The notes beneath the pieces were generated by a model. The model was not told where the DNA came from. It made no database searches and saw nothing but the letters and a program-made list of their open reading frames with translations. Below, piece after piece: positions 53,332 through 64,000 of a stretch of 64,000 nt of DNA. The position numbers and the translations under genes are program-made. Positions within the stretch are counted from its first letter, which is position 1; each line of letters opens with the position of its first letter. This stretch comes from Camelus dromedarius (taxonomy: Eukaryota), in the NCBI RefSeq assembly GCF_036321535.1, contig NC_087436.1, forward strand, positions 118,794,001 to 118,858,000, in the 5' to 3' direction.

Positions 53332-55714
53332 GACGACAAGCTCACCTTTCCTCTCAACTACAACAAAACCACAACTGACTGCTAAACAACCATCAGAAAA
53401 AAAGACTGAAACCTAGCCAAAAAGATCTTCTTCAACTGGAAACATAAAGAGGAAACCACAGCAGGACGGTAGGAGGGGCGTGCTCACGATATAACTGGGC
53501 CCCATACTCCTCTCGGTGGGTGACCCACAAGCTGAAGAATTAAGTCGCAGAGGCCCTTGCACAGGAGAGAGAGTTCTAAGCCCCACGTCAGGCTCTACAG
53601 CCCGGGGTTCTGGCACTGGGAGGAGGAAGAGATCCTAGGACATTTGGTTTTGAAGGCCAGTGGGGCTTAACTCCAGGAGCCCCACGGGACAGGTGGAAAC
53701 AGAGACTTCATTCTCTTGGGAAGCGTACACAGAATCTCACGTGCACCATGTCCAAAGGCAGAGGCAGTGATTTCATAGGAACCTGGGCCAGATCTGCCTG
53801 CTGGTTTTTGAGGGTCTCCTGGAGAGGTAGGGGACGGCTGCAGCTCATCCAGGGACATAAAAGCTGGTGGGGGACATTCTGGGAGTGTTCATCTACATGA
53901 GCTTTCCTGGAGAATGACATCTTGATTGGATCATTAGCACCGAGACTTGGCCCCACCCAACAGCCCGCAGGCTTAAGAGCTGGGAAGCCTCAGGCCAAAC
54001 AACATAGTGGGTGGGAACACAGCCCCACCTATCAGCAGACTTCCTGAGTCACCGACTCCTCTAGACACGGTCTTACCCACCAAAGGTCTAGGACCAAGCT
54101 TCATCCAGTAGTGGGCAGGCACCGGCTCCTCCTGCCAGGAAACCTGCATAAGCCTCTAGTCCAGCCTCATCCACTGGGGAACAGATACTAGAAATAAGAA
54201 AACATTAATCCCAAAGACTGTGGAAGGAATCCACAAACACAGGCCAGACTCTACACTGGAACCGGCTGGATCCTGGTCCTTGGGTGACAACAGAGGAGTG
54301 TACTGCTGGGACACACAGGACATCTCCCACAGAGGGTTACCTTTCCAAGGTTGAGAAATGTAACTAACCTACCTAAAAATACAAAGACAGACAATATGAG
54401 GTGGCAGAGGAATATCTCCCAGGCCAAGGCACAAGATAAAATCCCAGAAGAAGAAATAAGTGATGAGGAGATAGGCAATTTATCCAAGAATTTAAAGTAA
54501 TGATGGAGAAGGTGTTCAGAGAATTCAAGAGGAGTATAGATGCACAGAGTGAAGTTTTTAGCAAAAAGTTGGAAAATATAAAGAATATCCAGAGTTGAAG
54601 AATAAAATCACTGAAATGAATAACACACTAGAAGGAACCAAGAGTAGACTAAATGAGGCAGAAAAATGGATCAGTGAGCTAGAAGGCAGAGTAGTGGAAA
54701 TCACTACTGTAGAACAGAAAAAAGAAAAAAGAATGAAGATAGTTTAAGAGAGCTCTGGGACAACATGAAGTGCACTAATATTCACACTATAGGGGTCCCA
54801 GAAAGAGAAGAGAGAGAGAAGGGACCTGAGTAAATTTCTGAAGAGATAATAATCGAAAACTTCCCTAACTTAAGAAACAGTCACCCAAGTCCAGGAAGTG
54901 CAGAGAGTACCATACAGGATCAACCCAAAGAGGAACACACCAAGGCACATAGTAATCAAATTGACAAAAAATAAGGATAAGGAGAAAATATTAAAATTAG
55001 CAAGAGAAAAGCAACAAGTAACATACAAAGGAATTCCCATAAGGTTATCAGCTGATTTTTTTCAGCAGAAACTCTACAGGCCAGAAGGGAGTGGCATAAT
55101 ATATTTAAAGCAATGAAAGGGAAAAACTTACAACCAAGAATACTCTATCCAGCAAGGCTCTCATTCAGATTTGATGGAGGAATCAAAAGCTTCACAGATA
55201 AACAAAAGCTAAAAGAAGTCAGCACCACCAAACCAGCTTTACAACAAACGTTAAAGGACCTTCTCTAGTCATCAAACCATAAGAAAAGAGAACAAAAAGA
55301 AGAAAGAGGGAAAAAAAGACCTACGAAAGATTGCTTTGGCAATTTGGGGTCTTTCATGGTTCCATATAAATTTTGGAATTGTTTGTTCTAGATCTATGAA
55401 GGATGTCATGGGTATTCTGACAGAGGTTACACTGGATCTGTAGGTTGCTTTGGGTAGTATGGCCATTTTGATAATGTTGATTCTTCCAATCCAAGAGCAC
55501 AAGCTGTCTTTCCATTTCTTTGTGTCATCTTCAGTTTCCTTCATCAGTGTTTTACGGTTTCCAGAGTATAGGTAACCTCTTCGGTTAGGTTTATTTCTAG
55601 GTATTTTGTTGGTTTTAATGCAATGGAAATGTTTATGCCAGTTATAAAATTCTGGTTTTTGGAGGGCAAAAAAAAGGGGGAATGAAGGGCTGCAAAAAAA
55701 AGAAAAAAGAAAAA

Positions 55715-55762
<48 letters not shown>

Positions 55763-55772
55763 AAAGAAAAGA
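53332..55772 (+). mobile_element. L1-derived element: near-complete 5'UTR, decayed ORF1 (54396-55268), inverted ORF2 fragment (~55327-55630) and A/GAAA tail (HAL1-like)
   Basis: The 5'UTR resembles cetartiodactyl L1s. ORF1 peptide QRVPYRINPKRNTPRHIVIKLTKNKDKEKILKLAREKQQVTYKGIPIRLSADF. Minus-strand ORF2 peptide KTLMKETEDDTKKWKDSLCSWIGRINIIKMAILPKATYR...IPKFIWNHERPQIAKAI. (GAAA)n tail at 55693-55776. Confidence 0.85.
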
Positions 55773-58199
55773 AAAAGCAGTCCTGGCAGTCAGAATCTTT
55801 GAGGGTAGTGTTTCCTGCACAGTAATGTTTGAGAATTACTGCAGGGATGACTACTGCCACAGAGTCAGCTCCGAGGGTAGTTTTGTCCACTGCGGGTCCT
55901 CGGTGCCTAGAACAGTGCCTGGCACAAAGCTGGTGCTCCAGAAAGATTTGGTGGCTGAGTGAACTCATCAACCAACAAATAATTCTGAAACGATGCATTA
56001 GCATGTTTAAATATCTGACCATTCTGTGTGCCTGTAAGGAGCAGGGACTGTGAACATCTTTTCACGGCGTTGCACCCAACACGAAGCCAGCCCTCAGACA
56101 CGGCCCACCAGCATGTGAACATGTGAACACTCTCGTATTGCACTGAATTGGAGGTGCACGTTTTTTAACTTTTTTACATTTCTGAATCAGAATGTGTCTC
56201 ACAGCCCAGCCCTGCTGTGGCTTCGCTGGCAGCACTGTTTCTTCCCTTTCCTTGTGGCACAAAAATAATGATGCGTCTCCCCACTGGTGTCATCTTAGAT
56301 TTATTAAAATATGGGAACTGAGTACGTAATTCTGACTTTAAAAAAATTAAAGTTAGATGCCAAGGCAGCTAACAGATTGCTGTGCATTCCCTTTCTTATA
56401 CTTTGCAAAAATTAATCCAATGCCATCTGTTCTCCACTTTCAGCTGCAGCCCCCAGTCGCCCTGGTCATCCCACCCTTTGCTGCTGAGATGCAAACTGAA
56501 GATCTGATGCAAATGACAGGCTTTCATCTGTCTTCACCCAGGAAACTTCCGACAGCATCGGCTGGAGGATTTCTCTACATCACTGGAGGCTGCAGGATGT
56601 GCCAGAGGGTGGTTCTGTTCCAGACTCGGGTTCATCCCAGCCCCACCACGCCCGGATGTTCGGCCTGGCACATGGTCTGTCCATGACAGCTGGTGGTCCT
56701 CTTGTCACTTGTCAGCTCAGAGAACCAGCACCCTTTAGCCAATTCTCTACAGCCCTGCAGTTCCTGTAATTGGTCCACGGGTGGAAGGGAGTCAGATGCC
56801 CTAGGCAGGTCACTCTCATCTGCAGAAGGGGATTGGGGATGGGAATCTGGCCCACTGCACAGGACTGTCCTGAGAACCAAGTGAGATTCATTTGAAAATT
56901 CTCTGAATACCAATTTCTATACAAGGTAATTTGTGACATTTAGGAAGCCACAAATGTGCAGAAACTCTAACTTTCAGAAAAAACTTCAGCACCTACATTC
57001 CATCGTTAAGACTTGCCCTGTTTTTTGGACTAAAATCCACCACTGTCCTGACCTATTCATGAGCCAGAAGCATGAACCATCACAGCAGCTAAGAGCCAGG
57101 AACTCGGGCCAGAAATCCAGCTCAGCCACCATCCCCCTGTCCTGTCGTGGACACGTCACCTAACCTCTCCGAGCCTCCACCTCCTCGTGTGTAAATTGGA
57201 GCTAACTGTCTGTGTTTTCACTTTCCCTGTGCTGTGGGGTCCGCCCCTCTGGAGAGCACCAGGCACGGAGCCTCCCGTCGAGCGCCTGCGTGAGGGCAGC
57301 CCTTCCCGTGATGCGTCCATTTATATCCACGGCGCTAGGCTGGCTCAGCTGTCCTGTGGAGCATTTTATTCCCCGGAAAGAAAAAGTGCTAACTCAGCTT
57401 CTACGACTTCCAAAGAGTCATCTGGGCCACATGTCCAGGGCTAGGGTAACAGAGAACAATGCTATGAGGCAGGGCCCCAGAGGGAGGCTGGCTCCGCCCC
57501 TTCCCCTGTGAGGGACCCTGGCCAGGTTATTCTGCTCCCACTGTCTCCATCCCTCAGCCTGGAAAGTGAGGATGTTAAGAACTGGCTACTTCACAGGGAT
57601 GCTGTCAGGCCTGCGGACAGATAATGCCCAGCACAGAGTGAGTGCTCAGACACCCTGGCCTTCCCCCACACACGTTCCAGCTCCCCACAACCTCAAACAC
57701 CAAGTACTTGCAGGCCAGGAACCGTCCAGCAGAGGGATGGCCCTGGGGTGGTGGCGTCTGCCCGCCCACCGGCTTCCGGGCAGGAATCTCCAAGAGGCTG
57801 CAAATGAACACAGGTCCATGAAGCTTCGTGGTGAGTGAACAAAAGCACCGGGAACTGTGGCTTTTGAACCCCCTGCCGAACTCATCTGGCTGTCCCGACA
57901 CCGGGCCTGGCCGGGGGAGGCAGCAAGCAAATGTCTGTAGGTTCAATGAAGGTTTAGTTTGGGAGCAACGGGTGAAATATGATTAAGCAGAAAAAACGGA
58001 TGAGAACACTCCAGAGGGGCTGGAGTGGAAGGGTCTCTGGGGCGCCTCCAGAAAGTAGTTAGATGGCAAGTCCATCTGGTTAGTTCAGGAAAGAAAATCT
58101 GCTTCGGAAACGTCAAGCTGGGAGTTTGTGTCTCTCTCTTCAGGGATAAAACGGGCTGCTCAGCAGATCAATGAGATGGAGGAGGAAGTCCCAAAGGAG

Positions 58200-59040
58200 A
58201 TCCAAGTGTGGGCACAGGAATTTAACTCACATAAACGGGGAGAGAGAACAGCTCATCCACTCTCGTCCACTACCATTGTACTGGGATAGAGGACTAGCTA
58301 TTAGGGAACGAATAAAACCAGGTATCTACCTCGAGCCTCACCGTAAAACAACTTTCAGGTGGATTACAAATAGAAATGAAACAAACAAAAAAACACCAAA
58401 GAAATCTCCTAAAAAAGAAATAGTAAAGGAGGCAAAAAGTCTGAGCGTCCACAGAAGGCACCAGGGCTAAACCTCTGGCAGGGAAAAGCGTCACAAAGCG
58501 AAAACAACAGACCACCACTGGGGAAAATATCTGTAACACACCAGGGACACAGGTTAATATCCTCATCAAGTTAAGGGGTTTTACAAATCAAAATTGTTTT
58601 AGGCAGCACACCAGTAGAAAAGTTAGTATAAATAATGAAGAAGTAATCCTCCAAAGAAGAAAAGCACATAGCCAGTACACAGACAAGATGCTCAGCCTCC
58701 CTGTAATCAAAGGAATGGATTGGGGATGAGCATTCTTACTTATCACACTGGCGAAGATCTGCAATATCCATCGTTGGCAAGGTTCTGTGAAATTGCTATT
58801 CTCAGTCACTCTTGGTGGGTATAAACTGGCATAACTTTTCTAGAGGCCATTTGGCAATTTCTGTGAAAAATTTCAATATGAATTGCTTTCACTCAGTAGC
58901 TTCACTTCTAGAATCTTTCCTAAGGGAACAACCAGACAAGGGGATGGATAATCCAGAAAGATGGGAATGATAAGGGACTCATTCAATAAACCATGGTACG
59001 TCCAAGCCACGGAGGCTGTAGTAAGAGTTCTGTTATACCG
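58200..59040 (+). mobile_element. Old L1 (L1ME-like) ORF2 end/3' region
   Basis: actggggaaaatatctgtaacac; aagatgctcagcctccctgtaatcaaagga; ggtgggtataaactggcataacttttctagaggccatttggcaa. Confidence 0.7.
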
Positions 59041-59043
59041 GTG

Positions 59044-59084
59044 AGTGTGCGTGTGTGTGTGTGCGTGTGCGTGTGTGTGTGTGT
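59044..59084. repeat. (GT/GC)n microsatellite
   Basis: Seen directly. Confidence 0.9.
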
Positions 59085-59834
59085 AAAGCCAGTCACAAAT
59101 AGGGTGGCCCCATTTCCCCAGGGGAAAACCCCACATCAGGACACTCGCTGACATCACAGCCCTAACGAACAGGGTAAGTTGAGAAAGTATTTCCATTTAG
59201 GGGCAGGGGAAGGAGGCTGTACGAAGAAAGAGGATTCTTAGAAGGTGGAAGATCCCCACCAAGGGCGGGGGAGGGAAAGAAGGACGAGGAAGTGGGGTGG
59301 CGGTGGGGTGACTTCCCCAACCCCCAGCCCTCTGTGGGCTCCCACAACCCTCAGGGCTTCCTTCTATCCCAGCACTGTGTTGTCTTGGTGAACCCTAAAT
59401 TTTGCACACCAGACTGTGAGCTTCTTGAGGGCAGGGACTGGGTCTAAGCCATCTCAGTTTCCCTATCCCTCAGCACACGGCGCCACATGGGGTAACCAGT
59501 GGTCCAGTGAAAGGGGTGGGAGAGTAGATGGATGGATGGATGGATGGACACATGTACAGAGGGATAATGAAAAACTACTTGGTTCAACTCAGGACTTCGA
59601 CAGGCGATTTATATCCCAAGCAGGGGTCCAGGGGGTCACTAAGATTCCTTCCAACCTGATCTTCTAAGATTTTATGGAATAGTCCCCTGATGCCTGGGGC
59701 TGGACCTCAATTCCTGGGCTTGGCTTAGAAGGAAAATCCTCAGAAGAAACATCACTCAGAGGAGGAAAACAGAATCATTTCTCAAACCAGAGGAGTCTCT
59801 TCCAGTGAGGAATTTTGCTTTTAGGGCAACTTTT

Positions 59835-61285
59835 TAAAATATACAAGATCTAAAACAATAAAATGCTCAGGAGTAAATTTAGCAAAAGAAATACAAGATT
59901 GAAAAATACAAAATACTGTTGAAAGAAATTAAAGATTACAAATAAACGGAAAGGCATCCTATGTTCATGGATCAGAAGACTTAATATGGTTAAGACCAAA
60001 TTTACCTACTGATTGAACAAAATTCTTATCAAAATCCCAGCTGACTTCTTTAAGAAGTTAATCCTAAAATTCATATTGAAATTCACATTCCAACATGAAT
60101 AACCCTGAAAACAAAAGGAACAAAGTTTGAGGACACACACCTCCTGATTTCAAAACTCATTACAAAGCCGCAGCAATCAAGGTAACATGATACTGGCTTA
60201 AGGACAGACATAGAGACAAATGGAATAGAATTAAGAATTCAGAAGTAAACCTTTACATCTACGGTCATTTGATTTTTGACAAGAGTACCAAGACAAACTG
60301 AGAAAGAAAGAATAGTCTTTTTCAACTAATGATCCTGGGACAACTGGATGTTCACAAGCAAATGAATGGAGCTGGACAGTTACTTCACATCAGACACAAA
60401 TATTTACTCAAAATGGATCAAAACCCCAAAGGCAATAGCTAAAACTATAAAACTCTTAGAAGAAAACATATAAGGAATAAACCTCTGTGACCTGGGATCA
60501 GGCAATGGTTTCTCAGACAAGATAGCACAAAGCACAAATGACAAAGAAAAATTGAATAAACTGGACCTGACCAAAATTTTAAAATTTGAAGGACACTGTA
60601 GTGGTTTGAATATTGTCCTTCAACAATTGACGTCCACCTCAGAATGTGACCTTATTTGGAAATAGGGTATTTGTAGACGTGATTAGTTAAGGACCTCGAG
60701 ATGAGGTCATTCCAGATCTGATGTCTTTATACGAAGAGAAGCGGACACCACAGAGGCACACAGGGAAGAGGGCCATGTGGAAACAGTGGCGGAGATTAGG
60801 AGTGGTATCTCCCCAAGCCTGGGAATGCCCGGGGCCGCGAGAGCCAAAGAGGCAGGACAAGCCTTCAGAGGGAACGCGGCCCTGCCGAGGCCTTGACTTC
60901 AGACTTCTGGCCTCCAGAACTGTAGAGAGTGAATTTCTGTTGCTTCAAGCCATCCAGTTTGTAATTCTTCATTACATTAGCCTCTGGAAACTAATACAGA
61001 CAGCATAAACAAAACGAACATAAAACCCACGGGAGAAAATATCTGCCAGTCACATATCCAGTAAGGGGCCTATATCCAGAATATATAAAGAACTCTTTTA
61101 ATTCAACAATGAAAAGACAAACAATCTCACTTTTTAAATAGGCAAAAGATTTGGATAGATATTTCTCCAAAGAAAATATACATATTCAAATGGCCAATAG
61201 GTACATGAAAAGATGCTCGACGTCGCTGGGCATTAAGGAAACGCAAATCAGAACCACAGTGAGACGAAACTTCACACCCACTAGA
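59835..61285 (+). mobile_element. L1 (L1MB/L1M4-like) ORF2 3' half, interrupted by MLT1
   Basis: catcctatgttcatggatcagaagacttaatat; cctgatttcaaaactcattacaaagc; aaatggccaataggtacatgaaaagatgctc. Confidence 0.88.
60597..60998 (+). mobile_element. MaLR solo LTR (MLT1B/C-like) with a 5-bp TSD
   Basis: TGTAGTGGTTTGAA...ggaaactaataCA; TSD gacac (60592-60596) / gacag (60999-61003). Confidence 0.9.
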
Positions 61286-61379
61286 GAATAAGTCTCTGCT
61301 TTAAGCTGCTCATCTTGTGGCACCTCCTTGCAGCAGCCCTAGCAACTCTGTGTGTGTGTGTGCGCGCGCGCACACACGT

Positions 61380-62228
61380 TTTTAAATTAAAGTATAGTTG
61401 ATTTACAATATTTTGTTAGTTTCAGATGTACAGCAAAGTGATTCAGTTATATGTATGTTTCTCAGATTTTCATTATAGGTTATTATAACATATTGAATAT
61501 AGTTCCCTGTGCTATACAGTAGGACCCTGTTGTGTATCTATTTTATATATAGGGGTGAATATCTGTTAATCCCAAACTCATAATTTATCCCTCCTCCTCC
61601 CCTTTCCCTTTTGGTAACCATAAGTTTGTTTTCTTTGTCTGTGAATCTGCTTCTGCTTTGTAAAAAAATTAATTTGTGTTATTTTTTAGATTCCAAATAT
61701 AAGTGATAGCTTATAATATTTGTCTTTCTCTGTCTGACTTACTTCACTCAGTATGATAATCTCTAGGTCCATCCATGTTGTTGCAAATGGCAATGGTTAT
61801 GGCTGAGTAGTATTCCATCGTGTGTGCGTGTGCGTGTATTACATCTTCTTTATCTAGTCATCTGTCGATGGACATTTAGGTTACTCCCATGTCTTGGCTA
61901 TTGTAAATAGTGCTGCTATGAACACTGGGGTGCAGGTATCTTTTCAAATTAGAGTTTTTGTCTTTTCCAGATATGCCCAGGAGTGGGATTTCTGGATCAT
62001 ATCATAACTCTATTTTTAGTTTTTTAAGGAACCTCCATACTATTTTCCCAAGAAGCTGCACCAATTTATTTTCCCACCAACAGTGTAGGAGGGCTCCCTT
62101 TTCTCCACACCCTCTCCAACATTTATTATTTGTAGACTTTTTGATGATGACCATTCTGACCAGGATGAGGTGACATCTCATCGTAGTTTTGATTTGCATT
62201 TCTCTAACAATTAGTGATGTTGAGCATA
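61380..62228 (-). mobile_element. 5'-truncated L1 3' end (cetartiodactyl-type)
   Basis: Minus-strand peptide [48 protein letters not shown] (ORF2 C-terminal Cys-rich region); 3'UTR aagtatagttgatttacaat. Confidence 0.93.
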
Positions 62229-63249
62229 TATGATTTATTTTTAACCATTAGGCAAGTGAACTAAACAAAACCCTCAGGGCTGAAAGGAGCCACATCCATG
62301 CCCAGAGCTTGCCAAGTACAGCCATGACCAGGCCCGACCAGAAAAATTAAACCAGAAACCACAGTCTCAGAGAGGCAGCCAGCCTCAGAGAGGGTGTCAG
62401 GGGAAGGGAGGGCAAAGAAGGTGAGGACAGGGGTTGACAACGCACAGGGGAGGCAGCGATCGGAGTGTTGAGAGCCACGGCCTGAGGGACAAAGCAGACA
62501 GTAAGTGAGACCCAGAACCAGTCCACAGCACACCACATCCCACCAGATCCCGCAAATGGATCTCACTCGTATGACTGACAGTTAATGTCACAGTACAATG
62601 CAAGAAGCTCTAAGTCCTGAAGAACCAGAGCCTTTCCTGAGAGACAGTAGTCATTCAGCCTAGGACTGTCTCATGCATTTCAGACTCATGTCCCCAACTG
62701 CCATCTGTACCTCCCCACACTGGCCCAGAGACACCTCACACTAGGCAGCCCAGAACTGGGCCCCCCACCTCCCGCCTTCACAGCTGTGATTCTCCCATGT
62801 TCCTCACCCCGGGGAAGACCCCACCAGTCCCCCAGGCCAGAAGTCTGGGTGCCCTCCTTACTACTAGCTAGTAACAGCCACCAGATTATGATATCAGTGG
62901 TGTTCACACTGCTGGGCATCAGAAGCCCTGGAAGGCTAACGAAGACCACAGAGACCCAGGTCCTAAAGGCCCCCCGTGATTCTCCTGCCCCCACCGCCCC
63001 CCCCACCCCGCTGGAGAGCTGCTGCATGTGACACTCAGTAATGCCCACGTGTCCGTAGCTACTGATCTTAAGGGCGGCTCCCACGTTCAGGTACCATGCA
63101 AGCTGCTTATAAACATTGTCTCACGCAATGCTTCGGAGCAAATAATTTATTTCCCCTGTTTTATACGTGAAGAGAGGTCAACTAAGTTCCTGGAGGTCAC
63201 ACAGCCCAGCGGGGAGCAGCAGAAGTGGGGTCTCTGTGTAGGTCTCTAA

Positions 63250-63410
63250 TTCTTTCTTTCTTTTTTTTTTTTTTGGATTTTTTTGTTTGTTTGCTTTTGG
63301 GGGGTAAGTAGGTAATTAGGTTTATTTATTTCAAGTGGAGGTAATGGAGATTGAACCCAGCACCTCATGCATGCTAAGCCTGCACTCTAGCACTAAGCTA
63401 CACCCTCCCC
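63250..63410 (-). mobile_element. tRNA-derived SINE, Vic-1-like (camelid)
   Basis: Reverse strand: GGGGAGGGTGTAGCTTAGTGCTAGAGTGCAGGCTTAGCATGCATGAGGTGCTGGGTTCAATCTCCATTACCTCC..AAATAAATAAACCTAATTACC plus an A-rich tail; pol III A and B boxes present. Confidence 0.88.
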
Positions 63411-63729
63411 ACCCACCCACACTGCATAGGCCTCCCTGACTGCAAGGTGCTTCCCTTCACCCAGAGCAGGAAGGAGAGGCTCAGAGCACGAAGTGGCCCC
63501 CAGGGCCCATGGCCAGCAGCACAGGAGCCTCGAGGAACCAGGCAGGACCTCTTGGTCCAGATTAGCCATTCTCAGCCCCATGGCTCAATGGAAAAACCTG
63601 GAGAATTTATTGTTCATGCCTCTGCCTGGCCCCACTTAGCCACTGAATCAGACTTTTCTGGGATGGGCACAAGAATGGTATGATATTCTCACCTCCCCCG
63701 GCAATTAGGGTAGAAAAAATGACTCTGGA

Positions 63730-64000
63730 GAGGTGGTTCTCAGCTGAGAATTCCCGATGCTCAGCCTCCGATCAGCCCCACTGATTCTGAATCTCGGAGT
63801 GAGGTCCAGGCCTCAGTGGTTTTTTAAGGTCCTCGGGTGATTCTAATGTGCAGCCGAAGTGGAAGTCGCTGGCTTCGGGCCCCGCCTGCTCCAGGTGTGG
63901 CCTCCAGGCCAGGAGCACTGGTATCACCAGGAAGCTAGATTGTAAGATTTCAGGCCCATCCCAGACTTCCTGAATCTGAAACTTGGGGTTGAGTTTAGCT
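63730..64000. mobile_element. Two MER5-like MITE fragments
   Basis: gtggttctcagct...gattctaatgtgcagccgaagt; gtgtggcctccaggccaggagcactggtatcaccaggaagct...cccagacttcctgaatctgaaact. Confidence 0.65.

Noticed and set aside
55272..55820. 182-aa minus-strand ORF as a novel gene
   Set aside because: Chimera of a translated (TTTC)n microsatellite and an L1 ORF2 fragment.
63335..63410. tRNA-like sequence on the minus strand
   Set aside because: It is the head of a SINE, followed by a SINE body and A tail, with mismatches in the stems; not a tRNA gene.

Overview
Mammalian genomic DNA, most likely a camelid, judged from a Vic-1-type tRNA-derived SINE at ~63.25-63.41 kb and cetartiodactyl-type L1s. The window holds the 5' part of JAKMIP1 (Marlin-1; Janus kinase and microtubule interacting protein 1) on the minus strand. 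Seven coding exons lie between 22153 and 1855 (129+495+210+120+147+141+60 nt = 434 codons; all introns GT-AG and phase 0). The gene continues beyond position 1, and 22292-64000 appears to be the large first intron. The rest is intronic DNA rich in MIR, L2, L1, MaLR/ERVL/ERV1 LTRs, hAT fossils and simple repeats; almost all listed ORFs are spurious. Most notable: (1) a perfect 92-bp inverted repeat made of ancient MIR sequence ~0.9 kb upstream of the first coding exon, with a G4 motif in its spacer; (2) an ORF1-only, HAL1-like L1 derivative with an inverted ORF2 fragment and its own A-tail/TSD; (3) a strong-Kozak 30-codon uORF; (4) an exon2/exon3 junction that rebuilds a 5' splice site; (5) an L1 with a short 3' transduction; (6) a MER41-like LTR with decayed tandem GAS sites nested in an MLT1. 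Exon numbers follow my recollection of the human gene (non-coding exon 1 outside the window). Repeat subfamily names come from remembered consensus sequences and need RepeatMasker/Dfam confirmation. No prokaryotic-type system (CRISPR, operon) is present.
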